DNA from: a virus
IMG/VR virus record: IMGVR_UViG_3300027659_000017
Coordinates: 33,956 to 97,955 of that record
Reading direction: 5' to 3' (one strand)
Length of the DNA: 64,000 nucleotides
Shown here: positions 44,601 through 52,859 of the stretch, in pieces
Position numbering within the stretch: position 1 is the first letter of the stretch
Layout: the number at the start of each line of letters is the position of its first letter
The notes under the pieces: model-generated
What the model saw: only the letters and a program-made list of their open reading frames with translations
The model's database searches: none
What the model was told of the DNA's origin: nothing
Translations under genes and position numbers: made by a program

Positions 44601-46515
44601 TGCAGAAAATAGTTATGAGGAAAGAGGATTGTATCCATTACATCCTGCAACGTTTATGAACAATGAAGAAACAAATTTCAATGAGTATCAAAGATTTGTT
44701 GTAGAACGTGAGTACCTCAGATTCATTAATCCACTTATAACAGAGTATGCTAATTCTGTAGAGTTTCAAACTGAGCTTACTAATACTAAAGAGCTGTCAC
44801 CAGAACTTAGTAATGAGAAAGCTGTAAGATATACATATGAAAAACTATTGGCCATCAAAGCCCTAGATAAGTCATATAACTTCTTTAATCTTTTTCAAGA
44901 CAGTGAGAATTCATTTGCAATCAGGTTCTCTAAAATGATTCAGACTTATCCTGACTTAGCTAAAAACTATCCTGTGGTAAGTAAGTTGAAGTTGGACTCT
45001 AGTAAAGATGACAGTGCATTTAGCATCTTGTTATCTGAGAAGAGTTTTAACAATGATTTATCTAATCTCTACACACAGAACTTAAAAGACTTATCTAACC
45101 CTACAGTTATAAAAGTTAAGGATCCTGCAGAGAATAAAAGAATCAGTGAGATGTTTACTTACTTAAACATGTATGCTTTCTTGCAGACTGGTTTGAATAA
45201 AACTAAGTTGAGCTTTACAAATGTGGTAGATTATACTCAGTTCTTATCTATAGTAGAAGAAGAATCTGACAAGTTCATAAATGCAATAGAACAATCAGAG
45301 TTTGCATTCCTAGATAAATTCTATGATCAGTTCCTTATCTTGAATAATAAAGATCTTACTCCTAACAAAGAAAGATTTAAAGATTACATATCTGGAATGG
45401 ACTATGAGAAGCCTGGAACAATTAAAGCAAAAGACACAACAGAGTCTCAGATAACTGATAAAAATTATACTAGACAAGATGTCCAAAAAAATCCAGATAC
45501 AGCTTATGTGTTTACTGAAAATACACATAGTATAACGGCATTTCCAGACAGACCTGGAGGTGGTTCTGCTATAATCAGAGGATTGAATAATGCATATGCT
45601 ATTGTAACTAAGAAGAAATATGATTATAATACCAAAGAGAACGTAGACTATTCTGATACAGAAGAAGACTTTCAAGAGTTTGTTAATGTAAATACTAGAC
45701 TTATTGATGAACTTAAAAACTCTGGTAAATCTAAAATTGTATTCCCTCAAGGTTTTGCAACAGATAAAGCTACGATGCCAACAAGATTTGCATTGTGGTT
45801 ACAAGAAGCTTTATTAGATAACTTTGGATTAGTAACAGAACTTGATTCTAAGAAGACGGGCTTAGTAAGTAAATCAGTACAATCTACTAAAGAAACTACT
45901 GTGGATCCTGCTAACATGGACACTCCTAACGAAGCAGTAAGATTTGGTTTAAAAAATACAGACCAAGATGCTATCTTATCCTATGATGATACTGAGGCAG
46001 AGAATAATTTCTACTACACTAACATAGCTAAGAATAACCCGGATGTAATCTTTGTATACAATAATACTGTCTTTGAGATTCTACCAGAACAAGTAGCTAA
46101 AGGTGTAAACCTTGGTGGTTCTTCTACATTTATGGATGAAGCACCAAGTATGTCTATTAATATGCCTACAGATTTAGCTGTTGGTATGTCAAATGGACAA
46201 GTAGTACAATTGGATCCTAGTAAGTACAATACTCTTAAAACCATTTGGGAAAAGAGAATGGATGCTATAGAACAACTAATCAGTAAAAATGGTAAAATTG
46301 CATTTCCTGAGTATGGTTTTGGAGATCCTAACACTCTGCCTCAAGAATTATTCGTATATTTAAGTAAAAGATTATTTGAAAGATTCCAATACATTAATCC
46401 TGGTTCTACTATGTATAATGAAGTCAGAGACATGGTAGCGGCAAGTCAAGGTATTTCAGATGATGAGATATTACTACAATTAGAATTAGAAGAAGATCCA
46501 TTTAAATGTTCATAA
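35644..46515 (+). CDS. Virion-encapsidated DNA-dependent RNA polymerase, crAss-like (phi14:2 gp66-type), with zincin and tandem C-terminal accessory domains
   Basis: 3623 aa. Catalytic GGDFDIDK (DFDIDK at 42901-42918) preceded by RIPVQGLNSM. Upstream ADGQG (41350), FESGSKIG and TQLRKLI motifs. HEAWH at 38188. Confidence 0.88.
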   Translation: MACKLNKFQVEDLYTVLYAEISDRIKNPELPPIDINDLVKEAYNVVNTNTGDPVKAMYFAQAIPDVFQLVVQDEKANDYLVENDFDFNGLAKMRKAFADLIEVGKAVETPKKSKQEIDSEIKNVNRAKKDFAPQINEESFWSHNEDNGAKVAYPLVTSLQWAYAMNPESLTEEERNKLDPEKKLFFEVIKAIVELSKRRVGAEPLKYGDEVIALTAQLTRNIPRELLTRDSREHLDKYPDDNGIAVVISDTKGNPLYFKPDGTLTDNPEEGRIVYQYLRKVNLVDGKLLLSNRSNRHYNLVEPEAIATRQKNLIEQESNGKVKMTNQEYKELVASIRERQEREMNQLYQLRKLIEENDSNLQVILPILGGSFGIPVEAVKTMTIEQAGLTEKEVTGYTAITTGKDKGKQYLIVSRTKAGGLVVDQEIFLQRSDMYKELAEQIATVLTTKAKLKGRELTPDERKTYFEIFINNTLMKDPASGYKKNLPYNRDRIRTVVRIVNNKKTLFVELNGKEIPQDVLSTEEGRDLIINHLMSARPKDKVKNAFWPANIHYNNSLNGKVFTEYEIVGDKIVESTRKYFDFIKPLMKVEYPDETNAYENGINSYLAYAIPEGTVESKGIIPIGRPKPASSPTYSRVKQDKETTTPAPKRQSRPAPATTATAKTTEDSPYTTSMKQQIEAAGGKSENYKAGMKVKDLAEKVELTEEQIVEFRKNALDSVPAPTPAAKKPATPATEEEVKETNVQVNPATRINLIDDIINGSSNSAFYKKKGLDRSKLRSKYLDKVFTSKADRQSAETWWDKSPLNIKNGGFITLERITEIVNSDAFATWSGYGITLYEADGGTMVDVYHEAWHGFSQLLLTKDEKIKLYQEIQGLAKYKGKSFFDIEEDLAEEFRAYAKSKGKKETKGFLGKIFNKIYQFIKKMFGRTTKKQVATNLQDIDTVKELFDKLYRASENPEILSTLKPSMDNVMFGKLNRSKTINDDFTLEESKKIADAMDSMMAVIFQAHNRDFNTTAAALKLLKDPENKKDLYRDIYDRFERLRVAYAQQLEDNIDLVLDPEFSYNFELLEKITSNFGNLTGTLDGNDKNNVIAYHVEKSRFRVLRDQYVEIEDPSNIEKTNLFKLNDGGNSISAKELASEDTMMLLASIFKVTREDGQIVNNREGLFGLPELQDINVTWNRLAKILEGSFDEIDMYVRIHENSENYPELKQLETLLPNPFFTIESAMGMYNPLEFDAETNFWQDFKKPRVPFIQLNLNKETTREEGKTNVNFEARVAKANFDVYQVIQDWKSNLITADTSINPYIIKITDTGVNILDTEKIVKDFGVNGKFNYRLANEFLQAIGIVLDQSSSAIKQIINNREGEPFHSKFGVDRMYEVIKKVNSSKSPDAFKFKKDPLFYLINGLPKELRDSESQSEDIQGRIRALAGLQNAFSDSYSNFSVQTPEGNKVWEHMVDSTITRIVTAINYANNWQELTTAAADPNGVFKHMRWLNESNNTFSMFSKILNTIFDLDPMSATYGEKISKNKITLHNVGGTQLVSKKNEGGTSTASMDATSKYLQEIHTMLLNGVEEFMRHASKNTAMGLTMDGSIRTYNGKKDGKLYIDMESFLPYSDGEIKGYDIVEGYLAAEANRIVRFQQDLDKFKNFAGYNRKVKRKDGSKTQVMAGQAFTAFDDMLTQTTQKQIYDILDKVSKDNLADFNLMDELDNNPKLRNLIRADIQKYFEMDATENYKRLQKAKYVDQGLVERMRAGNEDLSQKDIEMSLMKAYTYNSFIHKMETVILAYGDLVQYNHAKEEFHKRNAGLASGGRGFRADKRAQLYISSLKNYYAEQQGHEVRNYDGTFQTAIIKEMQFNSVMYDEYREELEEAAYIRTKNKKLAKEMADKATGEYFSADKKQMKIADGQGMVSFETYRILKKLEGNWSDYQELLYRDVSMGKSIGVNDIIEFFPPYKLQHFGNIDSTGLPVTSFHKFSLAPIIPGVAKEGTPLYDLHQKMMKDQIDYVVFESGSKIGHIGTGDVVMNEDGTFNKNSTFTVNRIYADYLKNQTEINPSYKGKSIFSTQLRKLILEGLYVKGKITSVEYQDITDKRVKQYVDRVEEYTNLLKLELLEEMGYEETSPGEYKPKDKSSISKLVNMIRQNLEREDLLSDDLIEFIDTYDESGDLVHDLSFHPEAAKIEKLLLSMINKRVIKQKVAGEPLIQVSVGMYANQFTEPDLRKATKAELKKWASKTYLLPTYNRKVTDLDELYKGATKEQLQSTLADKKRILSEHGAYWTDRHKKASRDEISYLEDVIAGKKPKVTQMSNGFTAAAKVMIAMQGTYYNLFNLEYENDETVGVYDDNGVLNMDESLARLNEKLKDDTWLDKNNGANRKAITLVGVRIPVQGLNSMEFAEVFEFLPPQAGNIIIQPAEIVAKSGGDFDIDKLTIFMNTLDEDGKVIKRSYKDNEEIKNLRGTADFASAVKNQKAALENELIDDIKNILELPDNYASLVMPNGTFILKEIADKLASKVMEYNPKKNKMTDDTGEISPTRVLEALYNVYKHESNIVGKKTLGLGAIENTFNVILNTLGAYMPAEYTISKVNRVSNMRLRHNKMTTKDGTEVISMSDLYDVDGVNRVADVISQMMNGWVDVEKDAWIFFIQGNYEVAPTLLYLVKAGVPVEEAILFVSNPLVREYVYEQRLAKSTYADVLKKKPKTPGLAKYSAASAVIKKFFNKEELAANSKNDQRYLKGQELLEKYFADSKNKNFTSEEMWKLVNDSAPDAKTVKVLADATITEMKTFEGSEAAKSDIAKAMFLHYLELEQQISGYTALKMSSNPDTSTKSTLSDVEQTEANIGELFFDSRVPLEIVEAMMDDSILKSFFNGPLALAVSRPLFKLRYHRIISDYLISKKNRIRNDLELTFPGKNIEMFSNVFRNDIVSFMLQNALRKFTTEEGFMSLGVENKVPVSLAKELKRGAFVKDGVMYIDQKQLQKEFDQRAWSYDTDAENSYEERGLYPLHPATFMNNEETNFNEYQRFVVEREYLRFINPLITEYANSVEFQTELTNTKELSPELSNEKAVRYTYEKLLAIKALDKSYNFFNLFQDSENSFAIRFSKMIQTYPDLAKNYPVVSKLKLDSSKDDSAFSILLSEKSFNNDLSNLYTQNLKDLSNPTVIKVKDPAENKRISEMFTYLNMYAFLQTGLNKTKLSFTNVVDYTQFLSIVEEESDKFINAIEQSEFAFLDKFYDQFLILNNKDLTPNKERFKDYISGMDYEKPGTIKAKDTTESQITDKNYTRQDVQKNPDTAYVFTENTHSITAFPDRPGGGSAIIRGLNNAYAIVTKKKYDYNTKENVDYSDTEEDFQEFVNVNTRLIDELKNSGKSKIVFPQGFATDKATMPTRFALWLQEALLDNFGLVTELDSKKTGLVSKSVQSTKETTVDPANMDTPNEAVRFGLKNTDQDAILSYDDTEAENNFYYTNIAKNNPDVIFVYNNTVFEILPEQVAKGVNLGGSSTFMDEAPSMSINMPTDLAVGMSNGQVVQLDPSKYNTLKTIWEKRMDAIEQLISKNGKIAFPEYGFGDPNTLPQELFVYLSKRLFERFQYINPGSTMYNEVRDMVAASQGISDDEILLQLELEEDPFKCS

Positions 46516-46516
46516 T

Positions 46517-49500
46517 ATGGTTTGTCAGGTACAATTAAACTCAATAAAATACTTACAAGAACAAGGTGCAACAGATGATGTAAGAAAGATTATTGATGAG
46601 CAACTGTTTAATGAAATAAATGATAAGCTAACAGAACTTGCTGAGAAAAAGTATGGTCTAAGAACTGATGGTTCAAAACTGTTCAGTGTTAATATGTCTG
46701 AACATATTGATGCTGGACGTTCTACTTATTGGAGAGATGCAAAGTACAGAATACTGAGAGCTGAACCTAATACAAAACTCTTTGAGAAACTACAAGAGTT
46801 GTTTAATTCTCGACCTGATCAACCTATGATGATGAGAGATATTGCATCTAAATTAAATGTGATAACTCAAGATGATAAAAGTTATTATAGAGGTCAGATT
46901 GAAGAACCTACTATAGACAAAGATGGTAATCTTGTTTTATATGCAAGAGAAGATGAACTTTATAAAAGGGCAGGTTTAAAAAGTAAAGGTGTTTCAATGA
47001 CAGATAATTTACAATCTGCAATTGAATACGGAAATGGACAGTTAGATGTAGCATTAAATCTAGCTTCACAAAGTTATGACTCAGATACTGAGTCAGATAG
47101 ACTATTAGAAAATGGATATTATCTTATTCAGATACCTAAAAATGTATCTAATGAGATTGTTCAAGAGGCAGGAGAAGTTAAGGTTATTGGTGACAGAGTA
47201 GTTATACCAAAAGGTCAATACAAGATTGAACAGATAAATGATGAAAATGAATCTGCAAAATCTAAAATAGATCCTTCTCTTCAGGAAATCAATGGAGTTC
47301 TATTCATGGATGTCAAGTTAGATGAACTGCAGAATGAGAGATCCAGAGAGGTTGCTGATGTACTTGCTCAAAAACTTTCTCGTAGTATAGGTGTCAAGTT
47401 TGAGAATATCACACCAGAAGAAGCATCTAATATCTTAAAGAATAGAGCTGTTAAATATAATGGAGAACCTGCATTTTACTATGCCGGTACCATATATGTG
47501 GTTGGAGATAACGTCAATGTAAGAACTGTACTACATGAGTTTGCTCACCCACTTCTTCAAGGACTAAGAAAGAATAACAATATCCTATTCCAGAGTCTAT
47601 ACAATCAAGCTCTAGCTACTGAAGAGGGACAGGGTATCTTCTATTATGTAAAGACAATGTACCCTGAACTAGATGAGAATACAGATCTATTCAAGGAAGA
47701 GGTATTAGCATATACTTTACAGTTAAAAGCTCTTAACAAAGTCAACAAAGAAATTGAGACAGAGGGATACCAGAACTTTATAAATAAACTTCTTGCTGCA
47801 CTGAAACAATTGCTCAGAGGAATATTTGGTACTAAGGTAGACGTAGCCAAGTTAGATGTAGATACTACATTAGAGGAGATGGCTGATATGCTCTTGGATG
47901 CAGATTTTGAATTCAGTACTTTGAATGTTACAGAGGAAGACCTTGTGATGTTCTCCCGGAACGTTGTTGAAAGAGCTAAAGAGTTAGCAAGTTTCTCTAA
48001 TGCTGAGTCACAAATCAATGTTGTGAAGGAAATGTTTGAAACCAATAAAAGGATTCTAACAGAGGCTGAAAACTTTAAAGGGGACAAAGCATCTAAAAAA
48101 TTATTGAGAGAGACCTTATTTGAGAAAGGTACTAATAGATATCTCCGAGAAGTTGTAAGTACATTAAGAGACAACCTTAATACAAACACTGAAGGTTTTA
48201 CTGAAGATGAAATGATTCAGAATGCCATAGATGCAGCAAAAGATAACCTGGAGGTGGATCTACAAAGAGCTATTTCATTAGTAAATACATTAGATAATGT
48301 AAACAGCATGACAAAGAACATGCTTCTTGATGTATCTAGACTTAGTCAAACCAATATAAATAATAGAAGTACCATTGCTTTATTGATGTTATACAAACAG
48401 AATTCAAAAGCATGGTTAAAAATGGTGGAGTCTATTGATAAGTCTCTTTCAAGTAACGGTCAGATAGTAGAAAGTAATAATCCATTCTACCAAACCCTAA
48501 ATGAGATTGTACTGAACATCACTCGTATCAATACCAACATTGCAAACATTCTAAAGAATAATAATGTACAGTTCTATGTGGAGATAACAGGATACATGTC
48601 CAAATATGTTCAAGATAGACTGAAGGGTAATCTAGGTATTGCATTGAAGAAGACTTTCCCGGCTGACCAGTTGGAAAAAGAAGTGGATGACTTATATAAC
48701 AAAGTTGTACAACAATCACTTACTGATGCTGATATAGATGCATTGGTACAGAAAGGTGTTCCAGCTGACATCCTGAAAGGATTCTTAAAAGAATACAAAG
48801 ACTTAGTTGTTGATGAAGATAAAATTAGAGCTGCTCTAACAGGAGGGGCTCAAGATATTACCTGGTTTAATAGATGGTTAGAAAGCTATAGTTCAAGTAA
48901 TGATGTTATAGTAGGACCATTAGCAATGTTTATTCAGAATGAACGTACTCAGGTACAGAATCTTGTTTGGGATCAGTCTATGAAGTTCAGAAAAAAGTTA
49001 GAAGAACTTTTACCTAGAGTAGGATTTAGTAAACTGAATTCTATTCAACTGAGACAAAAGGTTGCTTTCAAGGATAAGATTATGTACTTTGATAAGGAGA
49101 CTGGTAAACCAATTGAGAGAGAGGTTTGGTCTTACTTGGATAAATACAAGGACTACAGATATCATTATGATTTATTAGAGTGGAACGTTGAAGAAGCAAA
49201 GAAGTCAGAAGATAAAGAAAAGATTGCTACTGCCATTATGGAGTTTGATGAGTTCAAACGGGACTATATGTGGCAGGAATATGTTCCTGAGTTCTATGAG
49301 AAGGATGACATCTTTAAGAAATCAGAGGTGGGTAGATTAGCATACTACGTCAGAAAACAAAAACTCAAAGCTTATAACAACCTACTTAACAGTATGGAGA
49401 ATGAGATGGAGAGATTTGAAAAGTATTCTACTACACAAGCTGCATTTAGAGAGTTCCAACAGTTGTATTCTTTGACTTATGAAGATGGTACTGCTAAGGT

Positions 49501-52500
49501 AGATGACCCAGAGAATGGTGTTTATGATTTGAGTATTGCACAAGTACTACAAGAACACAGAGCTGCCACACGAGGATTCTATGAGTGGAGACCAATTGAA
49601 GGATTGCTACAAAGTGCCTACAATGAATTTGTAGACTTATTAGAGACTAAGAAAATCTATCCGGGGTCTAAAGACTTTGAGGTTGAATTAGAAAAATGGA
49701 GAAGACAGAACCTAAGAATGGAGTATGATCCAGCCTTTTGGGAAAGTAGAAATGCATTGGTAAGTGAACTTAGAGAACTTCAAGCAAAAATGAATGAGGT
49801 TGCTAAGTCACAATATGATGTTGCCCAGGCATTCCAGACTATCAATGATCTCATTTATAGTTACCGGGATGAACAAGGTGAACCTGATAGTACTGCTATG
49901 GGTAAAACAAGACTTGAAAGAATCAGAGATATAGAACAGTCTATTGCTGATTTCAAGTTTAGGTTTGATATGTCCACTGGTTTATCTAAAGAAGACTCTG
50001 AAGAGTTGAAAGCACTATCAGAGAAAGCAAGAAAGGGACTATTGCAAGCAGGTACACCGGAGTCTAAAAGATACATGTACCTGTTAAAGATGCAGGATGT
50101 AGAAGGTATAAATCCAGAAGATGCTTCAAGAATCCAGGATATATTCTCTGAACTCTCTGACTTATCTATGAATATACCTACTGTATATTATTTAGAGACA
50201 TTGAATTACAATCTATCTAAGCAGAACATTCATGAACTAGAAGAAGATGAGATTGATGATTTTATAAATTCAGAAGAGTTTCAGGAAATCTTAGATGCTG
50301 ATGAAAGCTTTAGAGACTGGTTTGAAATGAACCACATTGTTATACAGTCTTATGATAAAACTCTAAAAACTTACGTTTCTAAGTACAAAAGAACTAAGGC
50401 CAATACAGTTGCAATTCCAAGAGATGAGAAGCATATCAAGTTTACTAAAATTCTTGATAGAAATGGTGACGAGGTAATCCTAATGGGTGCACCTAATGCC
50501 AGACACTCTAGATATGAAGTGAAGGATCAGTATAGAACTATTCCATTTGGTGCTAGCAAAGAAGACTATGTAGGTAAATTCATTGACAATAAGAATCAAT
50601 GGTTGCCTAGAATGTATGATCCTAATGACAGATATAGTGCCCGGGATAAAAGATTCATGAATGAGAGGTACTTTGAAATGCAAGCTGCCAATAGTCCAGA
50701 GTTTAAATTACTAGAGGCTATTAAAGAATATCACCTAGAGAATCAAAAGGGTCAAAGTAACTATAGTAAGTTGTATAATGACATGCCTAGATATGCTCTC
50801 AAAAAAGGAGACATATATCAGGCTATGCAGAAAGGTGCCTATGGTCAGAGGTTCTCTGAATTAGGGAAGAATGTTAAGGAGTGGTATAACCAAGCTCTTG
50901 GTAAATCTGTGATGGATGCTGAGAATGACTTGAACTACAACCCAGAAAACAACCTTGTAAATACAGATTTGGATGGTAATCAAATATCATACATCCCTGT
51001 ATCAGGTATCTATAACCTTGATATTGATGTACAAGATGCTGATGTATTCCAAGGTCTATTCAGATATGCTCTTTCTATTCAGACACAAGGGAAACTTCTA
51101 GAGAGTTTACCTCTTGTTCAAAGTATCTTGGATACATTAGAGGATCCCAACAATGCTCCTAAAGAATTAGAAAAGTTTGATAAGAACATCTATAACCTTA
51201 AAGGAACGTTGTCATTAGCTAAGAAGAAGTTTGCTACTAACAACAGACTTGGTCAGGTAAAAGCTTTGATTGAAAGAGAGTACTACGGTAAGATGGTTGA
51301 GGGGATTGAGGAAACTCACCCTGGATTTGGTAAGTGGATTAACCAACTTCAAGGTTTATCTGCTATGGGTTCATTAGCTATCAACATTTCTTCTGACTGG
51401 AAGAATAAGTATGGAGCATATGTACAGTTGATAATTGAAGGTTCAGGTGCTGAGTTCATCAATCTTAAAGATATTGCATTAGCAAGACCATGGGCAGAGA
51501 AAGCCATGTTAGAGTGGAGTACAAAAGGTATCTATCAAACGGGACCTGGAGCAGTATCTACACAATTGATTCAGATGTTTGACCCTACATTCAAATTCAA
51601 AGATCAATTTGGTAGAGAGGTTGAGAGATCCATGGTAAAGGACTTGGTCAATATGGAGTGGATGTACATGCACCGTAAGTTTGGTGAGATGCAGGTTGCT
51701 GTTTCATTGTTTGGTGCCTTTATGTATGGTCAGAAAGTAGACCAGATTCTTAGTGATGGTACTAAGAAGTCAATGAGATATCTTGAAGCATGGGAAAAAG
51801 ATGCTGATGGTATAGTCAGATTGAAAAAAGGGGTACACCCTGGTTGGAGTAATCTTCCAGTTTACCATGAGTATGTTAAAGGAGAAACTTTAGAACAAAT
51901 TGCTAAACAGTACTCTATTCCTGTAGAAGAACTAAAAGCTAAGAACAGAATCAAATCTGAAGTGCAGCTTGAAGATGGTCAAGAGATTGTTATAGCCAAG
52001 TCAGAGTTATTCATGGGTCTCAAGAACAGAATTCAAGGGACATCAAGAAAATTATTTGGTGCCTATGATGACATGGGTCAAGCTGAAGGTAATAAATTAC
52101 TACTCTATAGAATGTTCTTCTTTATGAGAAAGTGGTTTACACCAATGTTGATGAATAGATTTGGTTTTGATTCTAAGACTTTGACCTGGACCAGAGGTGG
52201 AGAAAGATATGATTGGGCAACAGGTTCTTACGGTAAAGGTTTCTACATCACAGCCTTCCAAGCAATGTTGAAGACAATGAAATCAGGTTTCAAAAACTAT
52301 AGCTACCTGACTGACCAAGAAAAGTCTGCTGTTAGAAAACTATCTTCTGAAGCTTTCTTTGCAATTGGACTTGCATTACTAGGTCTGATGGTATTTGGAT
52401 TTGACCCAGATGATGATGAGAAATGGAAAAAACTAAGAGCAAAATCTGGAGCCCTCAGTGAAGATACTTTCAATACATATGGATTCATGTCTAATCACAT

Positions 52501-52858
52501 GTTACTTTTGTTGATGGGAGTACAAGCTGAGACAAGTGCCTTTATTCCATTACCGGGTATTAAAGGTATAAACTTCGGTGCAGATGATTATGTAAAGATG
52601 ATTACACAAACAACAACATCCTGGTATAATACAGTTGTACTTTATATTGATATCTTTGGAGACATATTAGACTTTGTAACGTTCTCTGAGATGGATAGAT
52701 ACAAAAGAGATACTGGGCCTTATTCTTGGAAAGAAGAGGGACAATTAAAAATTTGGAGTAAATTAGGAAAGATAGTTGGACTCAGTGGAGCCACAGGAGA
52801 TCCAGTTACTCAGTACGAAAACATGTTTAAAAATAGTTCTAAATTAGGAGGTAATTAA
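46517..52858 (+). CDS. Giant virion cargo protein with ART-like insert, HExxH zincin, LysM domain and C-terminal hydrophobic segments
   Basis: 2113 aa. YYRG...GVSMT...EAGEV (46883-47179); HEFAH (47534) with downstream KEEVLA; LysM-like VKGETLEQIAKQYSIPVEELKAKNRI....LEDGQEIVI (51863-51994); AFFAIGLALLGLMVFGF. Confidence 0.7.
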   Translation: MVCQVQLNSIKYLQEQGATDDVRKIIDEQLFNEINDKLTELAEKKYGLRTDGSKLFSVNMSEHIDAGRSTYWRDAKYRILRAEPNTKLFEKLQELFNSRPDQPMMMRDIASKLNVITQDDKSYYRGQIEEPTIDKDGNLVLYAREDELYKRAGLKSKGVSMTDNLQSAIEYGNGQLDVALNLASQSYDSDTESDRLLENGYYLIQIPKNVSNEIVQEAGEVKVIGDRVVIPKGQYKIEQINDENESAKSKIDPSLQEINGVLFMDVKLDELQNERSREVADVLAQKLSRSIGVKFENITPEEASNILKNRAVKYNGEPAFYYAGTIYVVGDNVNVRTVLHEFAHPLLQGLRKNNNILFQSLYNQALATEEGQGIFYYVKTMYPELDENTDLFKEEVLAYTLQLKALNKVNKEIETEGYQNFINKLLAALKQLLRGIFGTKVDVAKLDVDTTLEEMADMLLDADFEFSTLNVTEEDLVMFSRNVVERAKELASFSNAESQINVVKEMFETNKRILTEAENFKGDKASKKLLRETLFEKGTNRYLREVVSTLRDNLNTNTEGFTEDEMIQNAIDAAKDNLEVDLQRAISLVNTLDNVNSMTKNMLLDVSRLSQTNINNRSTIALLMLYKQNSKAWLKMVESIDKSLSSNGQIVESNNPFYQTLNEIVLNITRINTNIANILKNNNVQFYVEITGYMSKYVQDRLKGNLGIALKKTFPADQLEKEVDDLYNKVVQQSLTDADIDALVQKGVPADILKGFLKEYKDLVVDEDKIRAALTGGAQDITWFNRWLESYSSSNDVIVGPLAMFIQNERTQVQNLVWDQSMKFRKKLEELLPRVGFSKLNSIQLRQKVAFKDKIMYFDKETGKPIEREVWSYLDKYKDYRYHYDLLEWNVEEAKKSEDKEKIATAIMEFDEFKRDYMWQEYVPEFYEKDDIFKKSEVGRLAYYVRKQKLKAYNNLLNSMENEMERFEKYSTTQAAFREFQQLYSLTYEDGTAKVDDPENGVYDLSIAQVLQEHRAATRGFYEWRPIEGLLQSAYNEFVDLLETKKIYPGSKDFEVELEKWRRQNLRMEYDPAFWESRNALVSELRELQAKMNEVAKSQYDVAQAFQTINDLIYSYRDEQGEPDSTAMGKTRLERIRDIEQSIADFKFRFDMSTGLSKEDSEELKALSEKARKGLLQAGTPESKRYMYLLKMQDVEGINPEDASRIQDIFSELSDLSMNIPTVYYLETLNYNLSKQNIHELEEDEIDDFINSEEFQEILDADESFRDWFEMNHIVIQSYDKTLKTYVSKYKRTKANTVAIPRDEKHIKFTKILDRNGDEVILMGAPNARHSRYEVKDQYRTIPFGASKEDYVGKFIDNKNQWLPRMYDPNDRYSARDKRFMNERYFEMQAANSPEFKLLEAIKEYHLENQKGQSNYSKLYNDMPRYALKKGDIYQAMQKGAYGQRFSELGKNVKEWYNQALGKSVMDAENDLNYNPENNLVNTDLDGNQISYIPVSGIYNLDIDVQDADVFQGLFRYALSIQTQGKLLESLPLVQSILDTLEDPNNAPKELEKFDKNIYNLKGTLSLAKKKFATNNRLGQVKALIEREYYGKMVEGIEETHPGFGKWINQLQGLSAMGSLAINISSDWKNKYGAYVQLIIEGSGAEFINLKDIALARPWAEKAMLEWSTKGIYQTGPGAVSTQLIQMFDPTFKFKDQFGREVERSMVKDLVNMEWMYMHRKFGEMQVAVSLFGAFMYGQKVDQILSDGTKKSMRYLEAWEKDADGIVRLKKGVHPGWSNLPVYHEYVKGETLEQIAKQYSIPVEELKAKNRIKSEVQLEDGQEIVIAKSELFMGLKNRIQGTSRKLFGAYDDMGQAEGNKLLLYRMFFFMRKWFTPMLMNRFGFDSKTLTWTRGGERYDWATGSYGKGFYITAFQAMLKTMKSGFKNYSYLTDQEKSAVRKLSSEAFFAIGLALLGLMVFGFDPDDDEKWKKLRAKSGALSEDTFNTYGFMSNHMLLLLMGVQAETSAFIPLPGIKGINFGADDYVKMITQTTTSWYNTVVLYIDIFGDILDFVTFSEMDRYKRDTGPYSWKEEGQLKIWSKLGKIVGLSGATGDPVTQYENMFKNSSKLGGN

Positions 52859-52859
52859 A

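Noticed and set aside
2265-52488. Numerous 60-180 aa ORFs antisense to, or frame-shifted within, the giant + strand genes (e.g. 22720..23214, 47644..48189)
   Set aside because: They are fully nested shadows of long coding frames, with Ser/Leu/Phe-rich antisense composition and no motifs.
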